Source: Octopus sinensis
Lineage: Eukaryota
DNA: 64,000 bases
Reading direction: 5' to 3'
Assembly (NCBI RefSeq): GCF_006345805.1
Contig: NC_043005.1
Location: 34,224,001-34,288,000, forward strand
Part shown: in pieces, positions 36,664 to 49,469 of the stretch
Position numbering within the stretch: position 1 is the first letter of the stretch
Layout: every line of letters starts with the position of its first letter
The notes under the pieces: model-generated
Told to the model about the DNA's origin: nothing
Seen by the model: the letters and a program-made list of their open reading frames with translations, nothing else
The model's database searches: none
Made by a program: the position numbers and the translations under genes

Positions 36664-37900
36664 AATACAGAATATGACATTAAGGGCTTAGGCGGGTTTT
36701 CGGGGAGCAAGTGCGACAACTACTTGTATTATTTGCCGACAAACGTGTACGACTCTTACCATAAATAAAGGTTTTGAATTAATTACTGATACCATTCATA
36801 TATATATATATATATACACACACGCACACACTAATTAATATACAATCGTATGCACACAGACAGGTGCTTTCTAGATGTATTTCCTTCTTTTAACCATTAA
36901 ACGCATTCTTATAATCATTTAAAATACTGTTGTTTCTGGATTTCTCTGCTGTTTTGCTTCAATAATTATAAAATCTTCCGCACTATGCTATAACGATCTG
37001 TTCCACCAACTAACCCCATACCCCCTTCTCCAGAATAGATTAAATCGCAGCTCCTTCCCACTTCATCTCGTTTATGCTTATTAAACTGAATAAGCAATTT
37101 TGCTTTCGGGCTTTTAAACAATTGTTTTAGGAAAACAATTTTAATTTTTTTTTTTTGCCGCTTGTAGCCATTCGATTTCAGGATATTTTAACCCCATGAT
37201 CATCAATATCCTAGAGTATATTGTCTATCAAAGATTTTACTTTGTGCTTGGACAGTATTATTTTATATAATGTATGTATTACGCTAGAAAGCATAACAAG
37301 ACAAGCATTTTTATATATTATATATGTATATATATATAAACATATATAAATTTAGCATAAGGGCATACAAGGCGTCTACCTTTTAGAAAGAGGAGTTTAT
37401 ATATATATATATATATATATGCAAAGAGAGAGAGAAGGAGAGTTAGATATATACATATAGCTAGATGACTAAATTAACTAAATAAATAGATACATAGATT
37501 GTGTGTGAGTGTGATTTCTTAGCAAATGCAACCACCCCTTTGGTCAATTATAATATGCTTAGAGACATGCGTGTGTATATAGTAATATAGATTTAGGTGT
37601 ACTTAGTTATATAGCAAAATGAGTCGGAAAATAACAACCCAGTGAAGATAACGCAACAAATAACCAACCAACCAACCAACCCTTTACCCTGTTCAATGCT
37701 AACGTGTGAATCATTCATCTGTAAGAGATATAGAATTTCCTACTGCAACCACGACTGTCAGAGAGTCCGATCTTCTTTCGCTTTAACAGTACATTCTAAC
37801 CCATCTGAAACTCACTACTGTTGTCTTCTTTCAAAGCGCTCATCACTACACAGCTGATAAAACACTATCTCCTGCTCCACGATTTTATAGTACTAAAATC
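33500..37900. promoter_or_regulatory. CpG-retaining block, putative host promoter region
   Basis: CpG is visibly more frequent in unique sequence here than in the flanks; few TE fragments; long GA/TA tracts before a candidate first exon. Confidence 0.45.
35140..35491 (+). other. Putative non-coding first exon with uORFs
   Basis: Unique CpG-rich sequence, YY1-like AACATGGCG at 35322, uORFs 35325-35369 and 35426-35479, donor AAG|GTAGGT at 35491/35492. Start is approximate. Confidence 0.45.
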
Positions 37901-38699
37901 CCTAGAGATCATATTTGTGAAAACTGGGTACTTTCTTTCTGTGACAAGCACCACAACCAATGCTTTGACACATTTGTGCAGAGTTAGTGTATCTATTATT
38001 TCTTTGAATGCTTAAAGAATGTGACATGAAACAGATTTTAAAAGTCTTTTACTCAATGAATGTTATGATTCTGCATTCTTTTAATAATTGATATATCATG
38101 TGATGGACGAGTGCTGTTCCTTACTGATTTGTAGCATTATTTCTTGAATAAAGTCTCTGCTATACAGATGTCATGTTGTTACTTCTTATGACAGTTTATT
38201 GGATAAATCAAATGTAGACAATTTTGCATTCAGAAAGATTCAAAGCATTTTCTTGTTAATATTCTGAAAGAACTCAAGGAAGAAAAAGACCCCATAACAT
38301 TCAAAACAGAACCAGGAAAAATTCTTCCAAGAAATACCAAATAACTCATCACACTGCCACCTGAAGACATTTTAGTAAACAACAACTCCCTACACGAGTG
38401 GGCTATGATGTCCTAAAATATGACTTAAAAAAAACTATGCCAGATGGGGCTATTAAGTTACCTGCATATTTCTGACTAATGGACTACACACCTTAGTAAA
38501 CATTATATCACATGAAACATTTAAATTTGTCACAGATTGTGGTAATTATGAGAAGTGATAAATTGCCTAAATGGTATCTATATCTAATTAATGAACAAAT
38601 TTTTTTTTGTTTTGCAAGATCTCAGTTCTTAACTCAAAAACAACAGTAAACTGAATCTGTATTAATTTCTTCAAATCTTAAAACTATAGTATAAAAAAA

Positions 38700-38875
38700 A
38701 ATACAATCCCAAGATAGAGTTATTGAGAACAATCTCAGTATTTGACTGGTACTTTATTTTATTGATTCCAAAAGACGACTTAGTTAATCTCAGTGGTATT
38801 TGAACTCAAAACGTAAAGAGTTGGAACAAATACTACTTAGCATTTTTACTCATGCACTAACAATTCTGCCGACAA
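38700..38875 (-). mobile_element. SINE family B, decayed
   Basis: CTGGTACTTTATTTTATTGA...TTTGAACTCA...GCACTAACAATTCTGCC. Confidence 0.65.
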
Positions 38876-40339
38876 GTAAAAGACTTGGACTATTTGAAAA
38901 TAGAATGCTAATCTTAGAAATAGTAGTATCACCAGCCAGAGCATTAGACATAACTCTAAAGAATTCTTGCATTTATTATCAGGATATCCCTGTAAATACT
39001 ATTACTGTCATAAATGACAACAACAATGAAGCTATTTCAGTAGCTGCTTCTCACAAGTGTTTCTTTCTCAATAGGGAATAATATACATGGCTAGAAAATG
39101 TCTAGTGGAGATACCTTATGTCACAAGTGTGGGAATAATGATAATTTTTCTGTAACTCTTTAATTTATAGGTTTTCTGATTTATTGAAACATTTTCTGTG
39201 TTATGAGTGCTTTAATAATGTAATTAATAAATCAGTCACTGTAAGCTCATAGCACTGATAACTTCTCAACCAAAACTGATATTTCTAAGTGAAATGGTTT
39301 AGTCTTTAAACTATTCAGAGGCAACATCATGATGACATCAACTCAGTATAGTTCCATAATACAGGACACACAGTTTATTGAAATATTGTACAAACAGCAA
39401 TCACTCTTTGAATACATCTGCTCAGATATCATACTTGAACAGTATTTCATTTCATAGCATTTAATGGTTCTGAAAATTCCACATGTTGTACTCTTCATTA
39501 ATTTGACTATATTTACTTCTACTCAAAGATTGTAATAAGAAAAGAAGCAAACTACCTAATCAAAGGCATCATGGAGAGCTTGGATTGTTGTAATAAAGAA
39601 AATGAAAACCATAAATTATGCTTTTTCATTGATTCTCAACCACTGTCAACATTCTTCCTTCATGCTTTTATAGTACCTGTGATTGAATAGTTAATACATT
39701 ATATTGCATCCCATCTTGGGCAGTTCTATTGCTGCTGCTGCACATACAGACATCTCAGACCACATGCAGAAAAGACACTCCATCTAACCTGTGACCCATG
39801 GCTGCATTGTCTCCTTTCTCTATCTTTTCTACCTCTACTATAATGGCTTCTGCTCCTCTGAACTGGCTAGGTGCATGCCACATCCACTCAGGCATTCTTG
39901 ATCCACTCTTCTCTCTTCCCCTCATCATTTTTGTTGTGTCCAATCCCCTAGGTCCCACATTCAGTTCTTTCTTTCTAGAGCATCAACCTCAGGAACTCCC
40001 CATTAGTGGCTCTAGAGGAACATTAATGGCATTGATCTTGTTAGTCTCAGAGGGCCAGTTAAGGTCATGGGTACTGTCCCTTCTTCCAAATAAAAATGGA
40101 TGATCCTGACAAAAATCTATGTGCATTTCTGTCACATGTCAAAGAATGTGATATAATTTTCTCTAATAAAAAAAATGTGTTCTTTTAGTAATTGGTGTAT
40201 CACTTGATAGGCAAATTTTCACCTTTACTTAAAGCAGAAGTTGAGCAGCTGCAGCATTATTCATTGAATAAAGTCTTTGTATGGTTTTGTTTATTGTTAC
40301 CCCTTATTGCTGTGTATATTGTTTTACCTACTCATTTGT

Positions 40340-40880
40340 CATCATCATCACTGTTACATCTACTTTCCATGCTGGCATGAGTTGGACAGATCATCACAAT
40401 CTGCATTAGTTCCTGTTCAGAGGGATACTACCCTCCATTTCTGGCATGGTTCCTGCCAAATGTCCTTCCTAACACCAACCACTTTACAGAGTATACAGAA
40501 TGCATTTTAATGTAGTACCAGCACCACTGAAATTACTTTATGCCTCATGACACTGTTCTATGGTGTTTGTGTTCAGTCAAAGCAATATGTCTAAGAGAGT
40601 GAGTATAAGGGCAGGGAGTAGAGATATGATGGAGGTGAAACAGGAACAATGATTGGAGTGAAAAAGCGGTAGAGGAAGGTACAATGGAAGAGATGCCATA
40701 CTGAAACGAGTATGATGGAAGAAACAGTAAGGTACATTGGATTGGTGAGAGGGTATCAAATAGCAAATGGAGATTTAATAGGGTATGTAGGGCAGTAGGC
40801 CCGAGTGTCAGTTGGAGCAGCAGATGAAGGTTTAACAGGGATATAGTGAATAATAATAGCTGCAAATATAGATATATATC
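40340..40880 (-). mobile_element. Old RTE-type 3' UTR segment
   Basis: (CAT)n, TTCCATGCTGGCATGAGTTGGACAG, CCTTCCTAACACCAACCACTTTACAGAG, purine-rich body like 3320-3608. Confidence 0.6.
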
Positions 40881-43844
40881 TCCCAGGTTCATCACTACCA
40901 TCATTTTAATGGTTTTTAGGCTATGGATGGGTAGGTCTTCTCCAGCACTGCATGATGTCAATCATCACGATACTTTGTCACCACCTTGTGAGGGTCAGCA
41001 TCCTGATATCAGTTACTGTATGCTCTTAGGTCTCAATCTTCTGGTTTCATTAATTTTCAGTGCTTTGTGCTTTAAGAGTCTGTCATCCAACCAAATTCTG
41101 TAATAGGTGTGTATTTTGACCTCTCTTATAATCTGATATCCAGTAAAATAATAATGACTATCAAATTTCAATGTGAAGTCAAAAACATTACTAATTCTAA
41201 ATAATTTATGCAGTGGAACATTTTGAAGAAATAAAAATATAAAAATACTTTCAGTTAATTATTTGTAAGTTTTATAATTAATGATTTATGATTGAAAGTA
41301 TGATGCTATCTACTTGGAATTATTGTATATCTTTAGGACTGAAAAACTTGAGGGAATAGTAAAACATTTCACTATTAAAATTGTTTTATTTAAGTGATTA
41401 AGATAATAAAGTATCCTTTCAGTTAATTATTATTTACTATATTAATTATGGTTTAAAGTAGGATTAAAGAACTTAACTTATTTTGGATATCACATGTGTA
41501 AACTATGTCATCATATTCTGTATCAGTTTTATACAGTATGACAGTCCTCTCTCTCATACAAGTCTACAATTGTAAACCTCCATGTTAAAGTTTGAAGGTT
41601 CATGATTTTTTGGGGGGAAAGCTGCAGTAGTGGTTTCCCATTACTATCTGCCAGTGTATTCTCCTAATCTCTTGCTCTCCCAGGTTTATCTTCGACTCAC
41701 AGAGCCTATTTAATTAAATATCAGTTGGACTGTTTCATGTAACCTCAGTACATGTCCACATACCAATGAGCCTGTGTGACACAAGTCTAAGGGATAGCCC
41801 TCCTTCCCGTCTTATGTTTTAGCCATAGGATCATTTGCTGTTTGACCCAAAACTGGGGCCCTTGATGGATACTGCCACCATCCTGGACAAGAGTGGATCT
41901 GGGAATTGTGGTGTCTAAGGAGTTACTCCTTACTCCCTCAAACTTCTAAAATTTTGAGCTAGAGTTTCCCTACCAGATGCATTTTAATATCTTACCTGGG
42001 ACTATTGCAGTTCATATATACTAAATATTCAACATTTTGTACTGGCACACTTCAGCTAGTCTGCAGTGTCTCATTCCCAGATCTTTGCATTCATTGTTCC
42101 ATATTTTAGGTACCACATCTTTACATCATTTCTGATTCCTTTGCCTCAAATTCTCTATTTGCAACCCTTGCATTGTTGCCATCTGTTATCATTTTACTTC
42201 ATTCCATTCTTATCATATGTCCATATTTATACTGCTATCTTATTTTGGCATAAACCAATCCCTCAAATGTTCTATTGCTTTTTTTTCTGTTTTTCACTGT
42301 AAAAGTGGCAAGTATATTACTTGGTCAGTAAATCAGATTTAAACAATTTTTTTCAATATATTGCAGGACTTTACTACCCATATCTTACTGCCCTATAGTG
42401 TCATTGTTTGGAGCAGTTGTCATATAGTTCACTTTTTGAAATGAAAGCAATGATTCAATATTATCTCTTGCATTTTTCTTTTTAGACACAAGTTTTCCCT
42501 TGTTATATTATTACTTACTCTATTCTGGCACTAATTGGGTTGTTTAGATAACAAAACTTTACTACATCCAATAGCTTATAACCTTACTACTTGCACTAAT
42601 GCCTAAGGTGCACTTCATATTGATTTTCTTTTATCTATCAGTGCATCTATTGTACATGTTTTCACTGCTAACAGAGTAAAGTTGAGTTTGTTGTATACAA
42701 AGTGATAGTAATAAATGGAATAACTGTTGTCTGGATACTGCTTGACTATACAGGTTTCTTATTGTTAACCTGTATATTCATCTTGGCCATCTTCATCATG
42801 ATCTTTTCTAGATTTCAAATGGATTGATAGTGCAATGGAAGCATAGATGTTATAAGATTGAATAGTCAATCCCTTAGACAAATTGGAGCTAAGATACTCT
42901 GAGCATGTTGCCAATTTTGACCTTACTACAAACAACATTTGAACAGCAATCAGCAATTTCTTAATTTGTAGCATTCTTATTTTGTACATGTTGAAACCCA
43001 ATTAGTTCAGCAAATGAAATATATAGTCAATTAATTTTGTCATCAGAAATTCTTTCTGCGGTTTTCTTTCCAGTGGTCTATGGTTCTCAGCTGATACAAA
43101 CTTCATGCTATCCGTTTTAAGTATTGTGTTAGTCTCATTATGATTTGACTCCATTCATATATGGGTCTATCAATTCAAGTTCTTTGCAATACTTCCTCTT
43201 TATTTTCAATAACTATTCTTGGTTTTACAGTAATTAACATAATGTTACCAAATAACACCTTCATGAATCATGCGATTAGTTAAACAAGCAATTGGGTTTG
43301 TTTTTACAGTGTGCTGCTAACACTTCGCTGATTTCCATAGTTTCGGTAGATAAGGTAGTTTTGTGACATTCGTCTTTGTTAAAATCACTGACTACATGTA
43401 ATGACATTTAAATGTTATTTTTGTTTGCTTTTGCTATTAAGTGCTATTGCTTCTGTATAAACAAATACATTCTACTCTTTTGTGACGGATGCCAGGATTT
43501 TGCTCCTTTACACTACCGTCTTAATATATCTTACATCTTTATACCTAATGTCTCTGAAACACATACCTTTCTGCTTTTGTCTTTGGCAAAGCTTCTATTG
43601 AAATATATTTTGCTGCTACTTCTCTCTCTTTTTTTCGTTCATTCATGTTTCAAGACTTGATTCGTTTAAATTGCTTTCTTTCCTAATGAAAAAGAAAGCA
43701 AAACTTTTATTTTTCTTGTTGCTAAGAGATTAAGTTCTTCGGTTTTCTTAGTCTACAAGGTTTTTAAGTTCAAGCTATTAGACATTAATTGTGTATCAAG
43801 TCCATGATTATTAATTTTTTTACCATTTTTGTGGAAATATTTGC

Positions 43845-44112
43845 AGGGCCGACCAATGTCTTGTAAATGAATTTGATAGGTAGAAACTGTGTAGAAGTCC
43901 ATCATGTGTACGTATTTGTATATGTCTTTCTGTCTGTTCACTATCTTCTGCTGCCACTTGACAACCACTTTTGGTTTGTTTACATCACTGTGACTTAGTG
44001 GTTTGGCAAAAGAGACTGATAGAATAAGTACCAGTCTTAAAAAACAAATACTGGAGTTGATTTTACCCTACTATGACTATAGTCCAATGACTGAAACAAA
44101 TAAAAGATAAGA
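43845..44112 (+). mobile_element. SINE family A, 5'-truncated
   Basis: GCAAAAGAGACTGATAGAATAAGTACC...ATGACTGAAACAAATAAAAGATAAGA. Confidence 0.75.
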
Positions 44113-44285
44113 GATCAATCAACATTGACAAATGACTCGTTAGCATTAGGCTATATAAACATCTGGTTCTAGAATTCCTTTACAGATTTTGTGCTCTAAG
44201 AGACATTAAATTGAAAATGAAAATAGTTTTAATGAAAAATTGTTGAAGATATACTGAAATCTGAAACCATAGAAAATTCTGTCAT

Positions 44286-44513
44286 TAACCGTTTAGCATT
44301 CAGATTACTCTGTCAAATGTAATGCATGTTTACTAACACTGTTTTGAATGTAATCATGCATATTGCATAACTTCAATATTTTGAAGATGTGATTGTTTAA
44401 TTTTAGATTCACATTCTAGGATCAGTGAGAGAAGCCATATCTCATCAGTTTGAACATAAAACAGGTGGAATATTTGGGCCAGATATTGCCAGTTTAAATG
44501 CTTAAAAGGTTAA
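44286..44513 (-). mobile_element. piggyBac-like MITE family 2
   Basis: TTAACCGTTTAGC...AAAAGGTTAA; reverse complement of 24335-24563. Confidence 0.8.
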
Positions 44514-45526
44514 TTCTAATTTACTATTCCAAGAATCCTTTCTCAGTGTAGTTATTGTTGTTAACTCTACTGATTTGTTATTATTTTTCATTTATGATAC
44601 ATTTCAAATTTTTATTTGATCAATTTTAGTTTCAGTTGAATTCTACAAACATATTTCATGACATAGATCTAAATATATACTAAATATTTTTCATATTAAT
44701 ATATAAATATTTGGTATATAAATATACTAAATATTATTAATATTTATTTCTAACAAGGACACACATTTTTAGTGGGGGTATTGTCAATTAGATTGATCAA
44801 AGTACTTGATAGGCATTTTATTTTGTTGATGTTACAATGATGAAAAGCAAAGTCAACCACAATGGGATTTCAACTCAAAATATAAAGAGTGAAAATATAA
44901 ATGCCATGAAACATTTTGACTGATGCTCAACTCAGAATGCAATGTTGGCAGTAAGTGTCCTGAAACAAGTTCAAATTTTTCTGGGTTGGTAAAATAATAA
45001 ATAATTTTAATTCAATCATTTGTGAGCCTACAGAAATTGGCCCTGTACTATGCAAAAAATCTATTATTGCTTATCAATTCAAATTCTGTGGAGTTGACTT
45101 TTCATTTTTCTAGGATGTATTAATGTATTGCCTCTAACAGATATGAGTCAAAAATACTCTTTTTTTTAAAAATAAATCAACTTAATGTCTAGTCAAAACA
45201 AATCAAATCTTTTATCTATTACTTGTTGCAATCACTGGACTGTGACCATGCAGGAACAATTCCTTGAGGGATTGCAGTTGAAAAATTGACCCCAATACTA
45301 AATTTCTCTTTTATTCAACCACTAAGTTATGGGAACATAAACAAATCTATAGTACTGTGGGTGAATGACAAATAGAAACATAAAAATACAAAGATACATG
45401 AATAGACAGACATCCATTGAACCACACACACAAACAGATATATATATATATATATATACATGCACACACACACACATACAAAAACACATATATTGCTATA
45501 TATATATATATAAATATGTACATACA

Positions 45527-45588
45527 TAGCAATATATATATTTCAGATGTCGGGGCAGAAATCTGCTCCGGCATCTCATCAGTTATTA
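45527..45588 (-). ncRNA. Minimal type-I hammerhead ribozyme motif
   Basis: Minus strand: UAAUAA-CUGAUGA-GAUGCCGGAGCAG(AUUU)CUGCCCCGACAUC-U-GAAA-U(AUAU)A-UA^-UUGCUA. Confidence 0.7.
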
Positions 45589-45649
45589 AGACAAAACAAA
45601 AATGCTATGAAAATGACTGTTAAACAAGGAGAAATTACTATGAAGTTGA

Positions 45650-46505
45650 CTGTTATTAAGACAATGGACAAGACTTTTCCTGATGTATATTTTGCCATTT
45701 ACAAAGATGATGCCCTAGCTTTAACCACAAATGCCAATGGACCAGCACAAGATCGGTTTAGGAAGGACATTATCCAGACCATGAAAACTTTCGGTCTTAG
45801 TATAACTACAGATACCAACCTGACGGTTGTCAATTTCCTAGATTTATCCTTAGATTTAAATAAGAATATTTACAAACCTTATAGGAAACCCAATGATAGA
45901 CTTAGTTATATTAATGTAGGTTCCTGCCATCCCCCCATAGTGTTTATAAATTTAGTTAAAAACATTAGCAAAAGAATTTCTAGCCTTTCCTCTGATAGGG
46001 ACATTTTTTATAGTGTTGCCCCAGTATATAATAATGCTCTAAAAGATAATGGATTTAGTGAGGACATAACCTATACACCCATTACCAGTACAATAATAAA
46101 GAAAAGGAAACATAGGAATAGGAAAACTATCTGGTTCACACCCGCTTACTCCTCTGAAGTGACCTTTAATATAGGTAAATACTTCTTATCACTTATAGAT
46201 AGGCATTTTCCAATCAGTCATAATTACAGAAAGCTCTTCAATATACATAACTTAAAAATCAGTTTTAGCTCAACTACTAATTTAAAAACTATAATCGCAC
46301 ACAATGCACAAAAACAACAAAATGAAACCAGCTGTTCATGCAGGGATAAAAATATGCGCCCACTAAATGGAGCTTGCATGCCTGAGACCATCTTTTATGA
46401 AGCCACTGTAGACTCTACAACAACTAAGGACACAGTGGGTCTCACAGAGGGGTATTTTAAAGCCAGGTTCAACGATCACAAGATTTACTATAAGCAGTAT
46501 CATGA
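45650..46505 (+). mobile_element. Penelope-like element fragment (RT C-half plus start of GIY-YIG)
   Basis: In ORF 45547-46512: IYKDD, VNFLDLSLDL, YKPYRKPND..YIN..SCHPP, IWFTPAYS, CSCRDK...PLNGAC, VGLTEGYFKARFNDHK. Confidence 0.92.
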
Positions 46506-46509
46506 GGTT

Positions 46510-47512
46510 TAGTAGTTTCTGCTACCTAGGTGACCAAGTTAGTAGTTGGGGTGGATGCTCAGAGAGTGTTACCACTAGAATAAGAATAGCCTGAGCAAAG
46601 TTTAGAAAGCTTCTTCCCCTACTGGCGACAAAGAGTCTCTTGCTCAGAGTGAAAGGAAGATTGTACGATACTTGTGTGTGAACTGCTATGCTTCATGGCA
46701 GTGAAACATGGGCCATAACTGCAGAGGACATGTGTAGGCTTGAAAGAAATGAAGCTAGCATGATCCGCTGGATGTGTAATGTCAGTATGCATGCATGACA
46801 GAGTGGAAGCACCCTGAGAGAAATGTTGGACATAAGAAGCATTGGCTGTGGCATGCAGGAGAGACGTTTGTATTGGTATGGTCATGTACTATGGATGGAT
46901 GAGGAGAGATGTGTGAAGAAGTGCCACTCCCAAACTGTTAAAGGAATCCGGGGTAGAGATAGACCCAGGAAGACATGGGATGAGGTGGTCAAGCATGACC
47001 TTTAAACGTTGGGCCTCACAGAAGCTATGACGAAAGACCGAGACCTCTGGAGATATGCTGTGACTGTGAAGACCTGACAAATGCAGTGAGTCCATGGCTC
47101 ACAGGACGGCGTGCTGTGCTAACCTTAGATCGTAGGGTGACCTATTGTGCTTGAGGAGACCTATTGAGTCAAGTACATCAACATCAAAATAAAAATCAAA
47201 TGGAAATTGTAGTTGTGATACTCATGCCGGTGGCACGTAAAAAGCACCATCTGAATGTGGCCAATGCCAGCGCCGCTTTGACTGGCGTCCGTGCTGGTGA
47301 CATGTAAAAAGCACCAACCGATCATGGCCGTTTGCCAGCCTCCTCTGTCCCCTGTGCTGGTGGCAAGTAAAAAGTACCCACTACACTCACAGAGTGGTTG
47401 GCATTAGGAAGAGCATCCGGCTTTAGAAACACTGCCAGATCAGACTGGTGCAGCCGGTCAAACCGTCCAACCCATGCTGGCATAGAAAACAGATGTTAAA
47501 CGATGATGATGA
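46510..47512 (+). mobile_element. RTE 3' fragment with UTR and (GAT)n tail
   Basis: YLGDQV, MLHGSETW, RRLYWYGHV, RPRKTWDEVVKHDL; UTR with GCCGGTGGCACGTAAAAAGCACC units. Confidence 0.93.
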
Positions 47513-47539
47513 TATATATATATACACATATACACACAG

Positions 47540-47593
<54 letters not shown>

Positions 47594-47613
47594 CTATATA
47601 TATATATATATAG

Positions 47614-47675
<62 letters not shown>

Positions 47676-47937
47676 CTATATATATATATATATAGCTATA
47701 TATATATATATAGAATAATAATAATAATATTAGGGAATATGATTCCAAACTTCCAGGGAAAATTCAATTTAGTAATGCTAAATCAAATCTCACAATATAT
47801 AATGCATGTATATAAATTAGAGAAGAACCATATCATTCAACAATGATATACTTAAATCATACCGTATAGAAAAAAAAGATACAATAAAACATTTACCTAC
47901 AACTAAATAAAGTATGAAATAATAAATAAATAGTAAA

Positions 47938-48022
47938 TAGACTACACGTGTTTCGTGGCTATATTTTCAAATTGTTAACAGTAAAATCAATTCAATTTAA
48001 GTGTAGTCACTTATCCGGTCCA
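47938..48022 (-). ncRNA. Degenerate type-I hammerhead motif (core mutated)
   Basis: Minus strand: UGGAC-CGGAUAA-GUGACUA...UAGCCAC-GAAAC(ACGU)GUA^-GUCUA; core differs from CUGAUGA at 2 positions. Confidence 0.55.
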
Positions 48023-48644
48023 AGATGAAAACAATAAAATAATTAAATCAATGTACATATATTATCTTATAAGAAAATATAAATATATATAATAATACAT
48101 AATTTTTCAATAAAAAATTGAACAAAATTCAAAAATATATCATAAAATAAAATCACAAAATATATTATCAAATATATTCTGTTAACTAAATCTTTAAATT
48201 TAATATCTAGGACTTAGTGTTTATAATAAATTTATCTCGTTAAAAACGTGGTGTAAATAAAACTGGAATAAATAGATAGAAATATTTATTTTATCTATGA
48301 AAATATATTTTAGCTTTTGGAAGAAAAAAATGAGAAACTATAGTATGTCATTACTGGAAAATTAAAATACAAGTAATTTAAACAAAATATTTAAAACAAT
48401 ATATATATATATATATATAAAATACATAATATACATTAAATGAAGATAAAATACTATAATTTAATCTATATCCATTAATTTATTTATTTATTTATTTAAT
48501 AAAAATGTAAGTTAAATCTTATTCTAATTATGTAATATATACTAAATAACTTCATGCTAACTTATATGCATAATACTACAACAAACTATAACTACAAGAA
48601 TTATATATATATATATTTTGTTTTAATTACTTGTATTTTAATTT

Positions 48645-48689
<45 letters not shown>

Positions 48690-48691
<2 letters not shown>

Positions 48692-48890
48692 GTGCAGGTG
48701 GCACGTAAAAAGCACCCACTACACTCACGGAGTGGTTGGCGTTAAGGAAGGGCATCCAGCTGTAGAAACGTTGCCAGATAAGACCGGAGCCTGGTGCAGT
48801 CTTCTGGCTTCCCAGATCCCCGGTCGAACCGTCCAACCCATGCTAGCATGGAGAACGGACGTTAAACGATGATGATGATGATGATGATGA
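48690..48890 (+). mobile_element. RTE 3' tail
   Basis: GGTGGCACGTAAAAAGCACCC...GGACGTTAAACGATGATG. Confidence 0.9.
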
Positions 48891-49237
48891 TATATATATT
48901 TACTTTAAATAAAAACCTTTGACTCTGCAGCACTGTATATAAATTCTCTACTAGGAATGACCAAGTTTTAAAACCTGCTGGATCTCACTCATAAGGGAAT
49001 CTTACATTGCTTATAAACTCTATATTTAGAAGGACTCATTTAAAACTCTGTTGGTCATTTGGAGTTTTGGACTTTATTCATAGGATATTGGAATATTGCA
49101 TATATACCAATATGCCTAAAAAATGGATTTACAACTTCAATACCCATAGATTTCTTGCATCTATTTTCTTTACTCCACCTCACTCTCTATTTTGTATCAC
49201 ATCTAAACTAGCTATGACTTAATTATACTCTCACACT

Positions 49238-49289
49238 GTCTCTGATGGAGGGATATAATTAATAAATATCCTAGAAACAGCTGTAAGAC
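49238..49289 (+). ncRNA. Minimal type-I hammerhead ribozyme motif (A9G variant)
   Basis: GUCU-CUGAUGG-A-GGGAUAU(aauuaauaa)AUAUCCU-A-GAAAC(AGCU)GUA^-AGAC. Confidence 0.7.
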
Positions 49290-49435
49290 CTATCTATAAA
49301 TGCTCTAATATCTACACAGCCTTGGTTTTTTATCTTATTATGCAAAAAATTCTTATATATTTATATATGTATATATATAATTATATATATGTATATATAG
49401 TTATATATACAAGTATATATATTTATATATACAAG

Positions 49436-49466
<31 letters not shown>

Positions 49467-49469
49467 CTT

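Noticed and set aside
38200-38580. Possible Sola-type transposase trace (EIPNNSSHC)
   Set aside because: Too decayed to support.
39720-40130. Possible L1/Tx1 ORF1 zinc-knuckle remnant on the minus strand
   Set aside because: Only vague similarity.
42700-43560. Possible ISL2EU/Harbinger-type remnant (ELIDPY on minus, DARI-CS on plus)
   Set aside because: Motifs are too short and frames are broken.
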